Assembly: GCF_009914755.1 (NCBI RefSeq)
Contig: NC_060936.1
Reading direction: 5' to 3' (one strand)
Source: the human T2T-CHM13v2.0 reference genome, Homo sapiens
Length of the DNA: 64,000 bases
This document shows, in pieces, positions 1-13,609 of the stretch. The notes beneath the pieces were generated by a model that saw nothing but the letters and a program-made list of their open reading frames with translations, was not told the origin of the DNA and made no database searches. Made by a program: the position numbers and the translations under genes. Numbering within the stretch: the first letter of the stretch is position 1; each line of letters starts with the position of its first letter.

Positions 1-859
1 CTGTTTCTGTAGATGTTCTTTCTTCCTTTTTCTTTTCCTTGGAAGGGTTTATCTGACTGGGCAGGCCTATGTAGCCAGCCTTGGCCAACTTCCGCAGAGG
101 GGTCCAGGCATGTCTTCTCATCTGAACGATGGATAAGTGCTTCGAGGAAAGCTCCCGAGGGAGAAATAAATGGTGCACACTCGTGTTGGTGACCCGGAGG
201 GGGACTGTGGTTTTAATTATAATGAGAGGGGAACTGGCCTCATTTGTAGCCTGTCTGTTATTCACGGAGGACTCTTGGGCTTTGTAGATTAGAAGAATCT
301 TTGTTAGGGTGCGAGATGATGAGAGTTGAGTTATTTTTCCCTTCCTGGTACACAGCCATCATTGATCCTTGCCCGCCTCTTCCTCCATTTTTCATTATTT
401 ATCCTCTTTTTTCCTCATACCCCATTCCCCTCCATTCATAGACAACCCTATTCTACTCTGTTTATGCGTATTTCTATTGCTTGTATATGTCCCTTCAAAA
501 CAGTATTTTTATAGATCTCATAGGTTCTCACTTCTTTTCCACTCAGCAGTATGTTTTTAAGATCCATCCACGTTGCAAGGTGGCATCTAATCTTTTGCTT
601 CTAATTGTTGCTTTTCTCCAAGGCATCAGTCCCCTATTTTTTTCTCCATTTTTCTTATGTGAGTTTCCCTCCAGCAACCCAGAGTATTTCTGAAAATTTT
701 TTTCTCTGCGCTGGCCAGCTGGGATTCTTTCAGGACAGGAAGACTCATTTTAACAGAGATTTAATGATTGTTTGGGCAACACAGGTAGATGCTTTGCTCT
801 TTCACTTTTGATTCTTTGCCTAACAAATGCTGAGTGTCCTCATGACATCAGACACCATG

Positions 860-1075
860 CATGCATAGAGGGAGGCAGAAGAGAGCAGCTGGTTCTGGAG
901 CTGGGTGGACATGGGTTCGAATCCTGCCTCTGCTACCTACTGCCTGTGTGACCTTTGCCAAAGTGACTTAGTCTCTCTGAGCCTCAGTTTCTTCTGTAAG
1001 ATGGGGATAATGCTAGTATTCATTTTATAAGCCTGCTTGAGAGTGAAATAAGATGATGCCTAGTGTGCTTTGTGT
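860..1075 (+). mobile_element. MIR SINE remnant
   Basis: gggttcgaatcctgcctctgctacc...tgtgtgaccttt...ctctctgagcctcagtttc core. Many more MIR copies in the window are not listed. Confidence 0.75.
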
Positions 1076-1394
1076 GATTAAAGTTTTTTTAAACAGTCCC
1101 CTGGGTGGTTAGGTAAATAGATGTTTTTATCCCATCCAAGTTGTGCTGGGTCTGCCTGCTGTGCTGTGTGTGTATGTGCGTGAGTGTGTGTATGTGGTGC
1201 TGTGAGTATAGGGGGTATGGTGCGAGCATGTGTGTGTGAGTGGTGTGTGTGGGAATGTGTGAGTGCACATGTGTGTGTTCAGGAGTGGTCCCCTGGCTCA
1301 GGCTGAGACGTTGCCCCCCTCTTAAATGGCTACTTCCCACTCTGTGTGGAGAGACCCTGCTCCCATCTGGAGTAGCCATGCTGGCTCCTCATCA

Positions 1395-1497
1395 CCTCTG
1401 TCCATTCCCCAGGGCCTCTGTCCACTCCCCAGGGCCTCTGTCCACTCCCCAGGGCCTCTGTCCTCTCCCCAGGGCCTCTGTCCTCTCCCCAGAGCCT
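1395..1497. repeat. Minisatellite, 5 copies of a 20-bp unit CCTCTGTCCACTCCCCAGGG
   Basis: Directly visible period-20 tandem array with 1-2 substitutions per unit. Confidence 0.95.
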
Positions 1498-1921
1498 GGG
1501 TTTCCTCCTGTAACACCGACGTTGCCTCTGAGAATAGATTGGTGAAAGCAGAAAGGCTCATTTTGTCCTGAACATGCTCAGAGGGTAAAAGCTCCAGCGG
1601 CTGGAAGTGGGAGTCCTTGAGTGGCCAGAGAGGCCCCCAGAAGCTGTCCAAAGCCTGGGATTGAGAAGACTCTAGATCTGAAAAATTCTTCCTCTGGTTG
1701 TCATGGCAGCGGGTCTGGATGGGAGCCTTTGTCCCAATTGGTTACTATGGGGTGGTCATTTCTGGTTAACACCAAGTGTGAGGGCAGCCCCAGGTCTCCA
1801 CAGCAGGGTGGTCTCTGATGCCCTGAGGGGCTCCTCACCTGCTTCCAGTGTTACATCACCCTATTGCTAGAAAGGACACTGAGTTAAGAGTCTGTCCATT
1901 TGGGTACAAGTTCCAGATGTG

Positions 1922-1996
1922 CCTGATAATTCATCCTCTCCCTTTCTCCCAGATGGAGAGAGGGAGAGGATGAATTATCAGGGAGAGGATGAATTA
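1922..1996. repeat. Perfect 22-bp inverted repeat plus a 17-bp direct duplication of the right arm
   Basis: CCTGATAATTCATCCTCTCCCT (1922-1943) is the reverse complement of 1961-1982. AGGGAGAGGATGAATTA recurs at 1980-1996. Confidence 0.95.
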
Positions 1997-4956
1997 AGGC
2001 CCATGGATGTCCATGTGCTTCTTCATGGAGTCACAGAGCACGCTGTGTAGGCTGCCCTGCCCTTTGGGTTACATGACTGACCTCCTTCAAACCTCATGAA
2101 GCCTTGGGAAGGAGATATTATTATTATTATTATTATTATTACAATTTTGCAGATGAGGACACAGGCTACAGAAGATAAGGAGGCCTCAGTTCCCCCAGTT
2201 TACACTGTCTACTTACTAATTGCAATTGTGAAGATAAAGCAACTTAAAAGTGCTTTTTAAAAAATAAATAATTAATATAATTAATCATAAAAATAAATAA
2301 TAAGGCTCTACAGAAATTGATTCTTTAGTCTTCAGCTCCTTCCAGCTTGGATGCAATGCATGGACATCATTCCAATAAAGGATTGGACACACTGGCCAGG
2401 AGGAGGCAGTATGCGCAGTCCTTAGAAGCACGGCTGCTGTCCCCAGACCACCTGGATTGGAATTCCAGCTGCAATACTTGCCAGCCTGTGACCCTGGGCA
2501 AGTTACTTGGCCTCTCTGGCCTCAGTTTACTCACCTGTAAGATGGGAATAATAATAGTACCTCCCTCATAGAGTGGCTGCGAGAATTCCATGAGTTAATA
2601 CAATATGAGGCACCCAGACACTGCTGGATACATGCAAGTTGTTTGTTATTGCATAGGACTTGAATTTTTTTAAAAAAATTACTTTTAGATTCAGTTTTGT
2701 TTCGCAATAACTTTTTGAAGAGGAGAGTTGGAATTACTTCCTCCATTACAGATGAAGGAACTGTGCCCCATAGAGGCAAACCAATTTCCCAAGATTGCAA
2801 GATTAGTTAGGAACGAAAACCAGGTTCAGTCATCAGGGATGACAGTGGCCAAACCATAAAGCTCCAAAGCATAGTGGGTCCACCGGGCCAACCACAGTCA
2901 CAGACAGGCTGGAAAAAAGCAGATGGTGAATTTGGTGGTCTCAGGATCCTTCCCGGTGGATCCCATCAGGTGGGGCTGTGAGCACTTCCAGGTGGATGCA
3001 AGTGGTCACTGCACCTGCTCCAACCCACAGACCACCAGACCACCCAACAGTGCTTGCTTCCCAGAGGGTGGAAAGTTGAAACCACACCCCTGTGTGTGCC
3101 ATCAGCAAACTGTTGGGCTCTCTGTTCTTTAGCCCCATCCATTGGTTGGTTGAAGCCTGGGATGTATGTGTGCACCAGGCAGGTGTGGCCCTCGTGACAG
3201 CTGGCTGGCTGGTGATAGAGCACAACAGTTAGGACTTCAGCACAGAAAGCCAGGCTCCCTGGGCTCACGTCTCCACTTCGCCCCTTCCTAGCTGTGCAGA
3301 CTTGATTGATTACCACAGCCCCCCGTACTTCAGTTTCTTCCAGCTGCAGAGTGGGGATGCCGCTAATAACAGCAGATATCTCCTAGGGTTCTTGTAAAGA
3401 TCAAATGGGTTCCTACCTCTTAGGAATGAACCTCTTAGGATGCTATCATTGTCATCATTATTTCATAGCAGCCAATACGAACTCTTTCTTTCGTCTTTGG
3501 ATTTTCCTAATTCAGGAAGGCTCCTGAAGTTTCTTTACTTACGCTGGTGGTTTCCAAACTCAGATCTCGCCTGTGACAAAGTTTCCACTGGCCCTGGTGA
3601 AAGGAGAAGAACTAGGCATTTATAGGTGGGCAAAATGTTGCCGACCGAGTTTTCCTAGAAAAAACAAACAAACAAACAAACCTCTATCCTGACCATATCT
3701 CTTTTCTGCTTATTTAACGTTAAAATATATTTTTTAAAAATAAAACATTGCAATGTATGGTAGCATTTTTTTAAACAAAAGATTGGTGCCCCTTTTTTGT
3801 AAATAAAAACAACAACAATGCAAGTGGACAGCCCTAAATTTGGAAGAAAATTTTACTTATCTGAGAAATTCAAATGTCTGGGTGCTAATTTTGTCCAGTC
3901 ATGAACCTTAGTGGTTATAACATTTAGTGTGTGTACGAATCTTCTGGGATTTTTTTTTTAATGCAGATGCTCAAGGCCTATCCCCAGAAATTCTGATTCA
4001 GAAGGGTTAGGGTCGCACCAGGAATCTGCAGTGTAAAGAGTTTCCTGAGTGATTCGGGAATGATTCATGGGTCATTCTGGGAGGAGGATGAATCCTCTTT
4101 TTCACTGCCTGGGAAATGGGCTTGAGTTTCTCCAGTGAGGGGACTCTGCACCCGCAGAGGTGCCCTGTGCATTGTCAGAAAGGGCCAGTTAGCTAGGTCA
4201 TCCTTCCTGATTTGACTTAAGCCTGAGTCCCATCACTCTTGATTGTTTTGCCTTCTGGAGCCCAACTGAAGAAATAATATTCCTAAGACAGAGTTTGCTC
4301 GTTGACAGCCAAATGCACGTTAGGGGGCAGTTGTGTGAGGTTAAAAGCACATGTTCATTTTTTTAAAAAGGGGATAATTCAGAAGTGAATGTCTAGTCTC
4401 TGAATTGCTAGGTGGGACCTCCCTCAATCAACATATAATTATTCGTCTATTCATTTGATAAATATTTATTGACCATCTACTAACATGTAAATCACAGCCC
4501 CAAATATAACCTACAATGTTCATATTTTCCCAATAAAATGATGAATCTGTCTCTCCCTCCAAAAAATGTTTTGCCCAACTTGAATAAATAACCCATTAGG
4601 GATGTAAATGGACTTGTCAAATGTCTATTAGTATTTGATTCATTAATTGTATTGTACTCACATACTTAAAACCACATGGTTATATAAAATAAACCATTCA
4701 CCCACACAACTGTTCTTTCAGCACCCATACATATTGAGGAAATAATTAAACCAGGAAAGTAAGGAAGGTTTTATAACTTTAGTAAAAGTCACTTACTGCA
4801 AATACCTTTTGTTGACAAATAGGAAAGGAAGAGATACCACTTGGAGTTGCATGATGGTTGAAAAAATTGAGAAAGAATTTGCTTAAACTATTTTGTTTTT
4901 AAAAAGAAAGCACATTGGGAGAAAAGAGAATGCTTAACAGTGTGAAAAACGTTTTA

Positions 4957-5338
<382 letters not shown>

Positions 5339-5339
5339 C

Positions 5340-5850
5340 TAGTTGGTCGTTTATAGTATGTGATATGCACTGTGCTCAGTGCTGGGATGTAGTAGAAAAC
5401 AATTTAGATGTAGCATCTTCCTGTGAGCAGGTAGAAAATTATTCAAATGGCTGTATAATGATAAATGAAGGCAAAGATTCTAAAGAGAGGGGCACAATTC
5501 ACAAAGAAATTTGACCTAATCTTGGAGGGCTTCCCAGAGGAAGTGATGTTCGACCTGAGATCTGAAGGATGAATAGGAGTTAACTGAGTAAAGAGAGGAG
5601 AAAAAAACAGTTTTCTTGGCAGTGGGAGCAATATGTACAAAGGCCCTGAGGTAGCAGTGCAGGATCTGAAAGAAGGCCAGCATGGTTAGAGTGTGAGATG
5701 TGAGGGTGAGATGAGGCGGGTGGTGCCTGCAGGACCATGCAATCAAGACAAATCAAGCAATTTGTCTTGATTCTGAGAGCAATGGGGTCTCACAAGCAGA
5801 AGGGTGACCTGATGTGATCCATATTTTGAAAAGCCCATCCTGCCTGCAGT
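5340..5850 (-). mobile_element. L2 LINE remnant
   Basis: ggcttcccagaggaagtgatgtt...ctgaaggatgaataggagtt...aaaggccctgagg, typical antisense L2 3' region. Confidence 0.7.
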
Positions 5851-7304
5851 GCAGGGTTCACATGAAGGCAAGAACTTGGAGAGGCTTGATGAAAACTTCA
5901 AACTGGCCCAGAAAGGGCTGCATTTACAGGCTGAGCCCTCCACCCTCCACTCCTCTTCACAGCACCAACTACCTGGAAATGAAGAGGACAGTAGGACCCC
6001 TCTCTACCCAGAGGGAGATTTTGTTGTGCAATCTACCACAGATGTGGGGCCCCTTCCTGAGAAGCAAGGGGCTCAGAGTAGAGGAAGGGGGTAGAAATAA
6101 TTGCTCATCTATCTGTGTTCAGGTTCCAGCTCTGCTGCTCTGTGGTCTTGAACGAGTTACCAAATCTCTCTGCATCTCAGTTTCTTCATGTGGGAAATGA
6201 AGATAACAATAACAACTACCTTATTGGGTTGTTTTGGGAATTTACCAAGTCAATATATTATGTTTGCTTGGACCAAAGCTTGGCACTTTGTAGGTGCTCA
6301 GTAAACATTAGTCACTCTTATTTTGATGATGATGATGAAATCTCTGAGCTTGATGTTCTGGAAAAGGTCCTGTTAGTCCTTTGCACCTTCTGTCCACTAC
6401 CCACCTCTTCCAGATCTTTCTTCAAATGTCATCTTATTTAAAATTTTACCTCCCTCCCCAGAACTCTGCCTCCTCCTTCTCCATTTTCCTCCCTGGCACT
6501 TGGCACCGTGTACCTGCTATCTACTTTAATTATTTACTTTGTCCATCATCTATTTCCCCCCACTAGAATGTCAGCGCCACCAGAACAGGATAATTTGACT
6601 GTTCTATTTACCACTATATCTCCAGTACACTATCCCCTAGTGTCTGGCATGGAGTAGGTGCTCAGTAAGTATCTGTTGGATAAATAAACACTAACAGTCA
6701 ACCTAATGATCTTTGCTCTTATTCAAAACCTTACCCTCTCCCCAGATGACTCTAACTAACCTAATGGGTCATTAAACAGCAACACCAGCAAAGAGGGGAA
6801 AAATCCCCAAGCCTTAGAAGGGATGCAGGATGGGGCAGGGAAGGTGTGGAGGCTCTGGGGATTTTAGTGATGGAGAAGAACGTGAAGGTCTTTTATGAAA
6901 CCAGCTCTGCAGCCTGATCTTTCTAACCTGATTAATCACATTAAGCCTTTGTCAATATCAACATTACCTCAGCCCCAGCCGCGGCAGCTGGTGGAGCGGC
7001 AGGCTTATTCAATATTTAAGAAGACCTGCATTGCAGGCAAGGGTTTGGGCCGCTGGTGGAAGAGCAAGCAGTAAGTGCTCAGGGGCAGTCTCTTAAGTGG
7101 TGGATTATTTTTTAAAAGGAAAGAAACAAGAAAAGGGAAAGGCAACAAGCCCTCAGCCTCCCCTGGCTTTCCCCAGTTTCTGGTAGAGGTTGAGCAGCAT
7201 GCCTGAATTACTAGCTGTGATTCAGGACAAGACAGTGTTGCTAGAAGGGAAACCATGAACCAGAACATTTGGTCTCCTGGGTTTGATTTTCTAGCATTGC
7301 ATAA

Positions 7305-7500
7305 AGTGGCGGTTCTCAGAATGCAATCCACAGACCAGCAGTACCGGTATTGCCTGGAACTTACTAGAAATGCAAATTCTTGGGCTCTGTTCCAGACCTC
7401 CTGGATCAGAAGCTCTGGGTCTGAGGAGCGGGTATGAATTTGTGCCTTAAGTATCCCTCCAGGTGATTCTGATGTGCTTTCAAATTTGAGGTGCACTGGC
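7305..7500. mobile_element. MER5A-like hAT-Charlie DNA transposon
   Basis: gttctcaga...ctggaacttactagaaatgcaaattcttggg...gattctgatgtgc...tttgag...cactgg. Confidence 0.75.
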
Positions 7501-9639
7501 TTGAAGGAAGGGCGGGATTGCAAGCAGGTGGCTCTCGGCCCTGGCTGTGCATTATAAACACCTGGGGAACTTTAGCAATATAGCCATACCAGGACTCAGC
7601 CCTAGAGTTTCTTCTTTAGTTGGTTTGGATGGGGTCCTTGCATTGACGTTTTAACCCTGCCTCCAAGGTGATCCTAGCGCAGAACTAGGATGTGACTGTT
7701 CACCACCTGCCTGACTTCGGTGAGTTATCTTAGCTCACAGATCCTCAATGTTGGCATCTGTATAATGGACCCTAAACCTCCCAAACTAAGGATGGGACTT
7801 GCAACAAAATCATGAGGCTTAAGACAAATGCTCTTGTCTTGTGAAATATTTGAGGGCTGTTGTTTGGTATGTCAGTGGGGAGTTCATGAGGGTTTCCTGG
7901 GGTATGCCAGTATCTTTTGACCATTCTTGACCATTTCCTTCTGGTGGCCTGTTCTGCCTCTTCTCATCGTGGGAATCTGGGGCCACAAGAACCCTCACTA
8001 TACAAGCATTTTAAAAGAACATTGCAGGCTCCTCTGTGTGGAGATGACTGTCCCTGGGAGAGGAGAGGTTGACATGAAGCACTAAGGGCAGAAAAAAACA
8101 AGGGGAAATAGGTATAAATTCAAACCTTATGGGCTGTCGTTGGCAATGAGGACTTCACGCTAGCATATTATTATTCCACAATAGGAGTTACCAGTTTTTG
8201 AGCATTTGCTATGGGCCAGCACCATGCCAGGAGCTCTGCATGCCTCATTTCATCCCCTTCTCCCACTAGCCCTGGGAAGAGAGTACAATTATAACCAGCA
8301 TTTTCCAGACAAGGAAAGGGAGGCACAGAGGTTAAGGAACTTGCTGAGTTCCAGGTTAGCAAGGGACAGAGCCAGGACTAGCCCCTGTGACATGTCTGGA
8401 GTTAACCACTTTATGTCAAACAGGTCCCTAGGCTCTCTAGGAAAGGTAATTACTGAGGAGAGGCACTAAAAGTGTCTCCAGAAACATGGAGTGAAGTGCC
8501 TCAGGGCGGAGTTGAACATCACCTTTCCCCGCCTCCTCTTACCTGTAAATTCTGACCCTAACCACAATGCCTCCTCCTGCTGGCTTCAGTTCTATATGAT
8601 AAGAGCTTGGCATTCAGTTTTCTATGGCTTCGGTATCCCCAGATCCCTCAATGAACAAGAACTATGTGAAAAAGTAAACAGGCCTGCTGGGGACATTTCA
8701 GCTTCCTTTCTCGATTCCTCAGACTCCAAACTAAGAAATAAATCTGCAAAATCTCAATGCTTCTTTAAGAAGGAAATGACCTTGGAGTTTTCCTTTCTTT
8801 CCTCAAGAAAGAGCTGGAAATCAGGGCTGAATGAATTCAGTACTCACTTGTCCTCAGCTTTGAAAGATGGGAACCCTCCTAAACCCTCAAATGCAGCCCC
8901 TATCAGTGACTGATTTTATTGTAGAAACTAAACTGGCAGCCTGGCTGGGGATGAACCACTTGCAACTACCCCTCACTCACCCTTAGCTCGCTGCAGACCT
9001 TCCACTTCTGAGCATGCTCTGCGGATGCCGGAGATTGACAATACACTTATAAACCCATTTGCTGCTCGGCCCTGGTTCGTTATCTGATCAGACTTCAGAA
9101 AGGCTGTGTGCTAGATGATCCCTGTAAGTTTTCTGTCCCTGATAAATCCCCAATCCAATGTGTTCACTCTTGGCAGGTTTCTTTTCTTCCACTTTACCTC
9201 CTTCTGCCTCCACAAAAGTGATGGCAGAGGAACCAGGTCGAAATGTACCGTTAGTTTCTTGTGGGAGAAGCTGGCCCAAAAACAACCCCTAAGTATGGTA
9301 TGTTGTATGTTCCTGGCACTTTTCCTCCCAAATTGGCTATTTGCATCAACTATCCCATTATCTGCCCCTTGAATCCACCATATTCTGAAAAATAAAATAG
9401 ATAACAGCCTAAATTACTAACATCTGTCCCACTTAATATTCTTCATTGTAAGAGGAAAAGTGAAACTGTAAAAATGCCTTTTGATTAATCTAGTACTGCA
9501 TACATTTGTATATTGTATAATATTTATTATGTATATAATACATTATACTATGTTATTTGTTTTATATATAATACATATTTTTTGTGTGTACATATATGTG
9601 TGTGTGTGTGTGTGTATAGATAAAGAGAGAGCGAGAGGG

Positions 9640-10398
9640 AGTCAATTCCCATTACTCATGATAGTTATGTTCTGCAAAGTTGCCACAAACACTGAACTAG
9701 TAAATACTGAACCACATTGCTCCTAGGAGAAATACAGGGTTAGGTTCCTACGAATTTTGGTTCCAGTATCTTCAACTGATCGAATAGCCTTGTTTTATGT
9801 GTGTTTCTGTTTAAAGATACCTCATTTAATACATTACTGATTCCATTAACAGGCTCCCAATATCTTCAACTGATCAATACCTAATCTTGTTTTATGTGTA
9901 TTTCTGTGTAAAGACACCTCATTTAATATACTGTTGATTCCATTAACACTGAACTTGTGGCCAATAGCATGAGGCCTTTATTCAGTTCAAAAGCACTGAA
10001 CAAATTGTATCATATGCATTATTTTCTCTGTAAGGCAAATCACAGCCTTCCTGCTCCTAGGAACACTCAATAGCACTATGCTTGAGGGCCATTTTTAAAC
10101 AGCAAAATTACCAACAAAAAGTGCAAAAATGCAAAAAAAGTGTGGCACTAAATAGAACCCCCCCCCCAAAAAAAAGAGACCTGATTACAGCATAACAGCT
10201 GAAACAAGAAGAAAGAGACCTGCTTTGTTTACCTTCAGCTAGGAGCATGCATGTGAGGTGACTCAAACATTTTGGTCACTCTGTGCATGTCTGTGAATGA
10301 CCATGAAAGGGTCACGGGTATTGATTTTGGGGATTCCAAATTTTAGCAAGTAGGCAAATTTGCAAATGTGGAATTCACAAATAATGAGTATTGGCTAT
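9640..10398 (+). mobile_element. MER82-like (TcMar-Tigger) DNA transposon with an internal ~94-bp tandem duplication
   Basis: agttatgttctgcaaagttgccacaaacactgaactag...ctcctaggagaaatacagggttaggttcct; ends aatttgcaaatgtggaattcacaaataatgag. Confidence 0.7.
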
Positions 10399-10409
10399 GT
10401 GTGTGTATG

Positions 10410-10950
10410 TATCTGCATTCATCATGACTATATTGATTGCAAACCTTACTCAAACTAGTTCAAGTGATACCAAAGGACACTTATTTGCTAATGTAATTGA
10501 AGGGTCCCGCACATGGTGGAGGCATGACTGGATCCAGAGGCTCAACAATAGGCTAGAACTGAGTTCTCATCATCTCATCGTTCTGCTTTCTTCTGGGTTG
10601 GCCTCCCTTTCAGGCAGACTTCTCCGCCTGGTAGAACCCACCAAGTCCAAGTTTGTCTCATCCAGCTTCAGTTTAGCAGAAAAAAAAAAAAAAGAGCATC
10701 TCCTTTCTAGGATTGCAACAAAAGTCTGAGCATTGAGTCTAATTGGCTTGGATTGGGGAACTTAACCAACTTTGAGTCAATTATATGTAGTTACAAGGGG
10801 GAATATGCTGACTGGTGAGGCCAGAGTCATGTGAGAACCCCTGGAGCTAAGAATTGAGGCCAGCCCCATCAGAACACCACGGTCTGAGGGAAAGGATGGC
10901 TCCTTTAAAAACAAAACCAAACCAGGGTGTTAGTACCAGGAGAATGAGGA
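10410..10950 (-). mobile_element. MaLR LTR remnant (MLT1K-like)
   Basis: gattgcaaacc...caaactag...aggcatgactggatccagaggctcaa...tctaattggcttggattggg pattern. Confidence 0.55.
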
Positions 10951-11417
10951 ACTGGTGTCCACTCCCCATACCTCCATGGAACTTTCAGTCCTGTGGAGGA
11001 TTATTTCTTGAACCAGTGAAGGCTAAGCCATGAGCTTCTGAATCCCAAATACATTAAAAATTCAGAGAAGAAAGAATGGATTGAAGAAGGCATTACAGGA
11101 CAGATGAGAGTTGAGCTAGGATTTTAGGGCTTACAGGGAGAAACCAGCATTTCAGGGTGTGAAAAAAGTTTTACATCATTCTATGCCATCTTGATAGCTG
11201 CATGAATCTCACGGAGAAGAGTAAGTCAAGTCATACATGGTACATGGTTGGTGGATCCCAGCTTGTAGAAAGTGTGTCAATTTCTGATTCTATCCCCTTC
11301 TCTCTCTCTCTCTCTCTTCCCCTCTCTCCCTCTCTCCCTCACATACACACAAAACCCCTTTGTATATTTATTCATTCACTAAAACTGGGGAGAGGAGGAG
11401 AGGAGTAATGTGTATGT

Positions 11418-11438
11418 GCTACTGTCTATGGTGCTGAA
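11418..11438 (-). promoter_or_regulatory. Candidate RE1/NRSE (REST binding site)
   Basis: Minus strand TTCAGCACCATAGACAGTAGC versus consensus TTCAGCACCATGGACAGCGCC: 17/21 identical, perfect left half-site. Confidence 0.55.
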
Positions 11439-12539
11439 CTACAGCTCTGGCCTTCTGATTTCTATCTCTTTGCAAACCTTCTTTGAGCCAATGTATACAA
11501 ATTACTTAGTGCAATCCCTGGCACACAGTAGGTGATAACTACATTATAGCTCTATTTGGCAGACTTGATATCTGGAGATGACCACAAGGGTGACTTCATC
11601 CTCTTTATTTAACCATGTGCCAGGCATTGTTCTAAGCACTTTACAAGTACTAACTCATTTAATCCTTTAACATCCCTGTAAGATAGGTGCTGTTATCATC
11701 CTTGTTTTTCTTAGAAGGAAAGAAAGGCATAGAGAGGTTAAGTAACCATCTTAACATCACACAACTAGAAAGAGGCAGAGTGGGGACTTGAATCTTGACA
11801 GCTCAGCACCTCTCAGCCTCTGCACTCTTTTGCCTCCAGTGATTTGAGTCATAACACCCGCCTGCCTGGGTGATTGGGGAGACCAAGGGCTTTGTAAATT
11901 GCAGAGTTCTCCATCTACAGTACTTGATGTTTTGAGGGTTGTGTTCACAGGGGCAAGAAGAGGAGAAGAGGAAGATTGTGGTCCATTCATGTTCTCCAGC
12001 CAATACTGGCCAAGGTTTTATTTTCTGTTTCTTTACCCCACCTGGTGCCTGGAAAGGAGGGGGGAATAGATAGAGGCAGGCCTTGAAGATTTATTGTTCA
12101 TGAGAACTAAGAGAAGCTTTTCACTGTTTCTGAAGTGGCCTTGGATTTCTTAAAATCCACACCCCAGGGAAGTGAACACAGCTGGACTGTGTGAGGCAGA
12201 AAGCGTACTTCCTGTGACTAGAGACTGTGCTAAAATGTGATTCGGGAGAGGTGCGGTTCTGGAAGAACACCTGGACAATGCCTAGTGAGGGTTTTGCCTG
12301 AGCTGGTACAGGACTAGATGCTCTCTGTGTTACTTTTTGCTGCAACCTCAAAAAAACCCACAAAAGTGGGTGCTGCTACATCCCCCACGTAACAGTTGAG
12401 GGAACGGAGGCTCTGAAAAGTTAAGTAATTTGCCCAGGCTCAGACAGCTTAGCTGGGGGTTGAACACAGGTCTGTGTAACTCTAAAGCCTGGGCTGTTGC
12501 TCACTGCCCTTGATGGGAGATAGTATGTTGAAATGTGTA

Positions 12540-12780
12540 CTGTGGGTGGAAATGAGGGTGTTGTGTTTGTATGATTGTGTGTGTGTGTGTGTGTGTATAG
12601 TGGAGTTGAGAGTGGTTGGAGAGTGGGTATGGTGGGTATGGAGTAAACTAGGATGTGGGAGTGGGGTGTGTGTGTGTGTGTGTATGTATGGGGTATATTT
12701 ATGTGGGAGTGTGCACGAGTGTGTAGGGGAGGATGTGGAGTGTGGGTGGGGATGTGAGTGTGTGTATGTGCGTGTGTTTG
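12540..12780. repeat. TG/GT-rich low-complexity tract with (TG)n runs
   Basis: Visible (TG)n and GGGTG repeats; a similar tract lies at 1160-1280. Confidence 0.85.
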
Positions 12781-13609
12781 CAGCAAGGTGAGAAGATAAG
12801 AAGAGCCCTTTCCTGGCCCATCTTAGGCCAGGATACTTCAGCTTTCTGTTATGTAACAGAAACTAGTTCTTCCTGCTTGATCACAGGGTCAGGCCAAGTC
12901 AAATGCCCCCTATATGTGGGGCATTTTAACCACATATAAGAGAGAAGAGTCTGTGAACTTGAGCCATTCCTTTTCAAATACAGAAAGGGGTAGTTTCAGG
13001 AAAGCTCATCACCCTCTTTATGACAGCCCCAACAAGTGGTTTTGCTGTTTGTGCTTGATTACCTCCAATGATGGGGAGCCTATTATCTATCAAAGTAGCA
13101 TGTTTTCATTTTGATGGGGCTGATGGTTAGAAAGCTGTTTCTTATCTCACGCCAGATTCTCTCTTACTGGACCTTCTACTCAGTGGTTCCAGGTCTGGCT
13201 GGGTGGCCAGGTTGTAAGAGTGGTTATCTAGACTAGTGATTAAGACTGCAGGTATTAAAGGGAGAACATCTGGGTTTATAACTCACTGACTCCACCATTC
13301 CTTCCTGGTGATCTTGGGCAAGTTAATTCACCCCTCTGAGTGTGAGAAAGGGGAATAACTTCAGAGCCCACCTCACAGGATAGTGGTGAAGATCAAATGA
13401 GGTTGTATATGAAAATTGCCCACCTGAAGACTGGTGCTGTTCATTTCTACACTACATCCCACCTCTGCAGACCTGTGAAATGCTGACACTCAGGGCAGGA
13501 TAGTGAGCTGGCCAAGAACACATGTTCTAGAGCCACACTGCTGGGACTCCAAGTGTGGCGCCATCATTTATTAGCTGTGTTATCTGGGCAAGTCCTTAAC
13601 GTCTCTAGG

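Noticed and set aside
1395-1497. Regular repeat as a CRISPR-like array
   Set aside because: Units are contiguous with no unique spacers and the context is a primate intron; it is a minisatellite.
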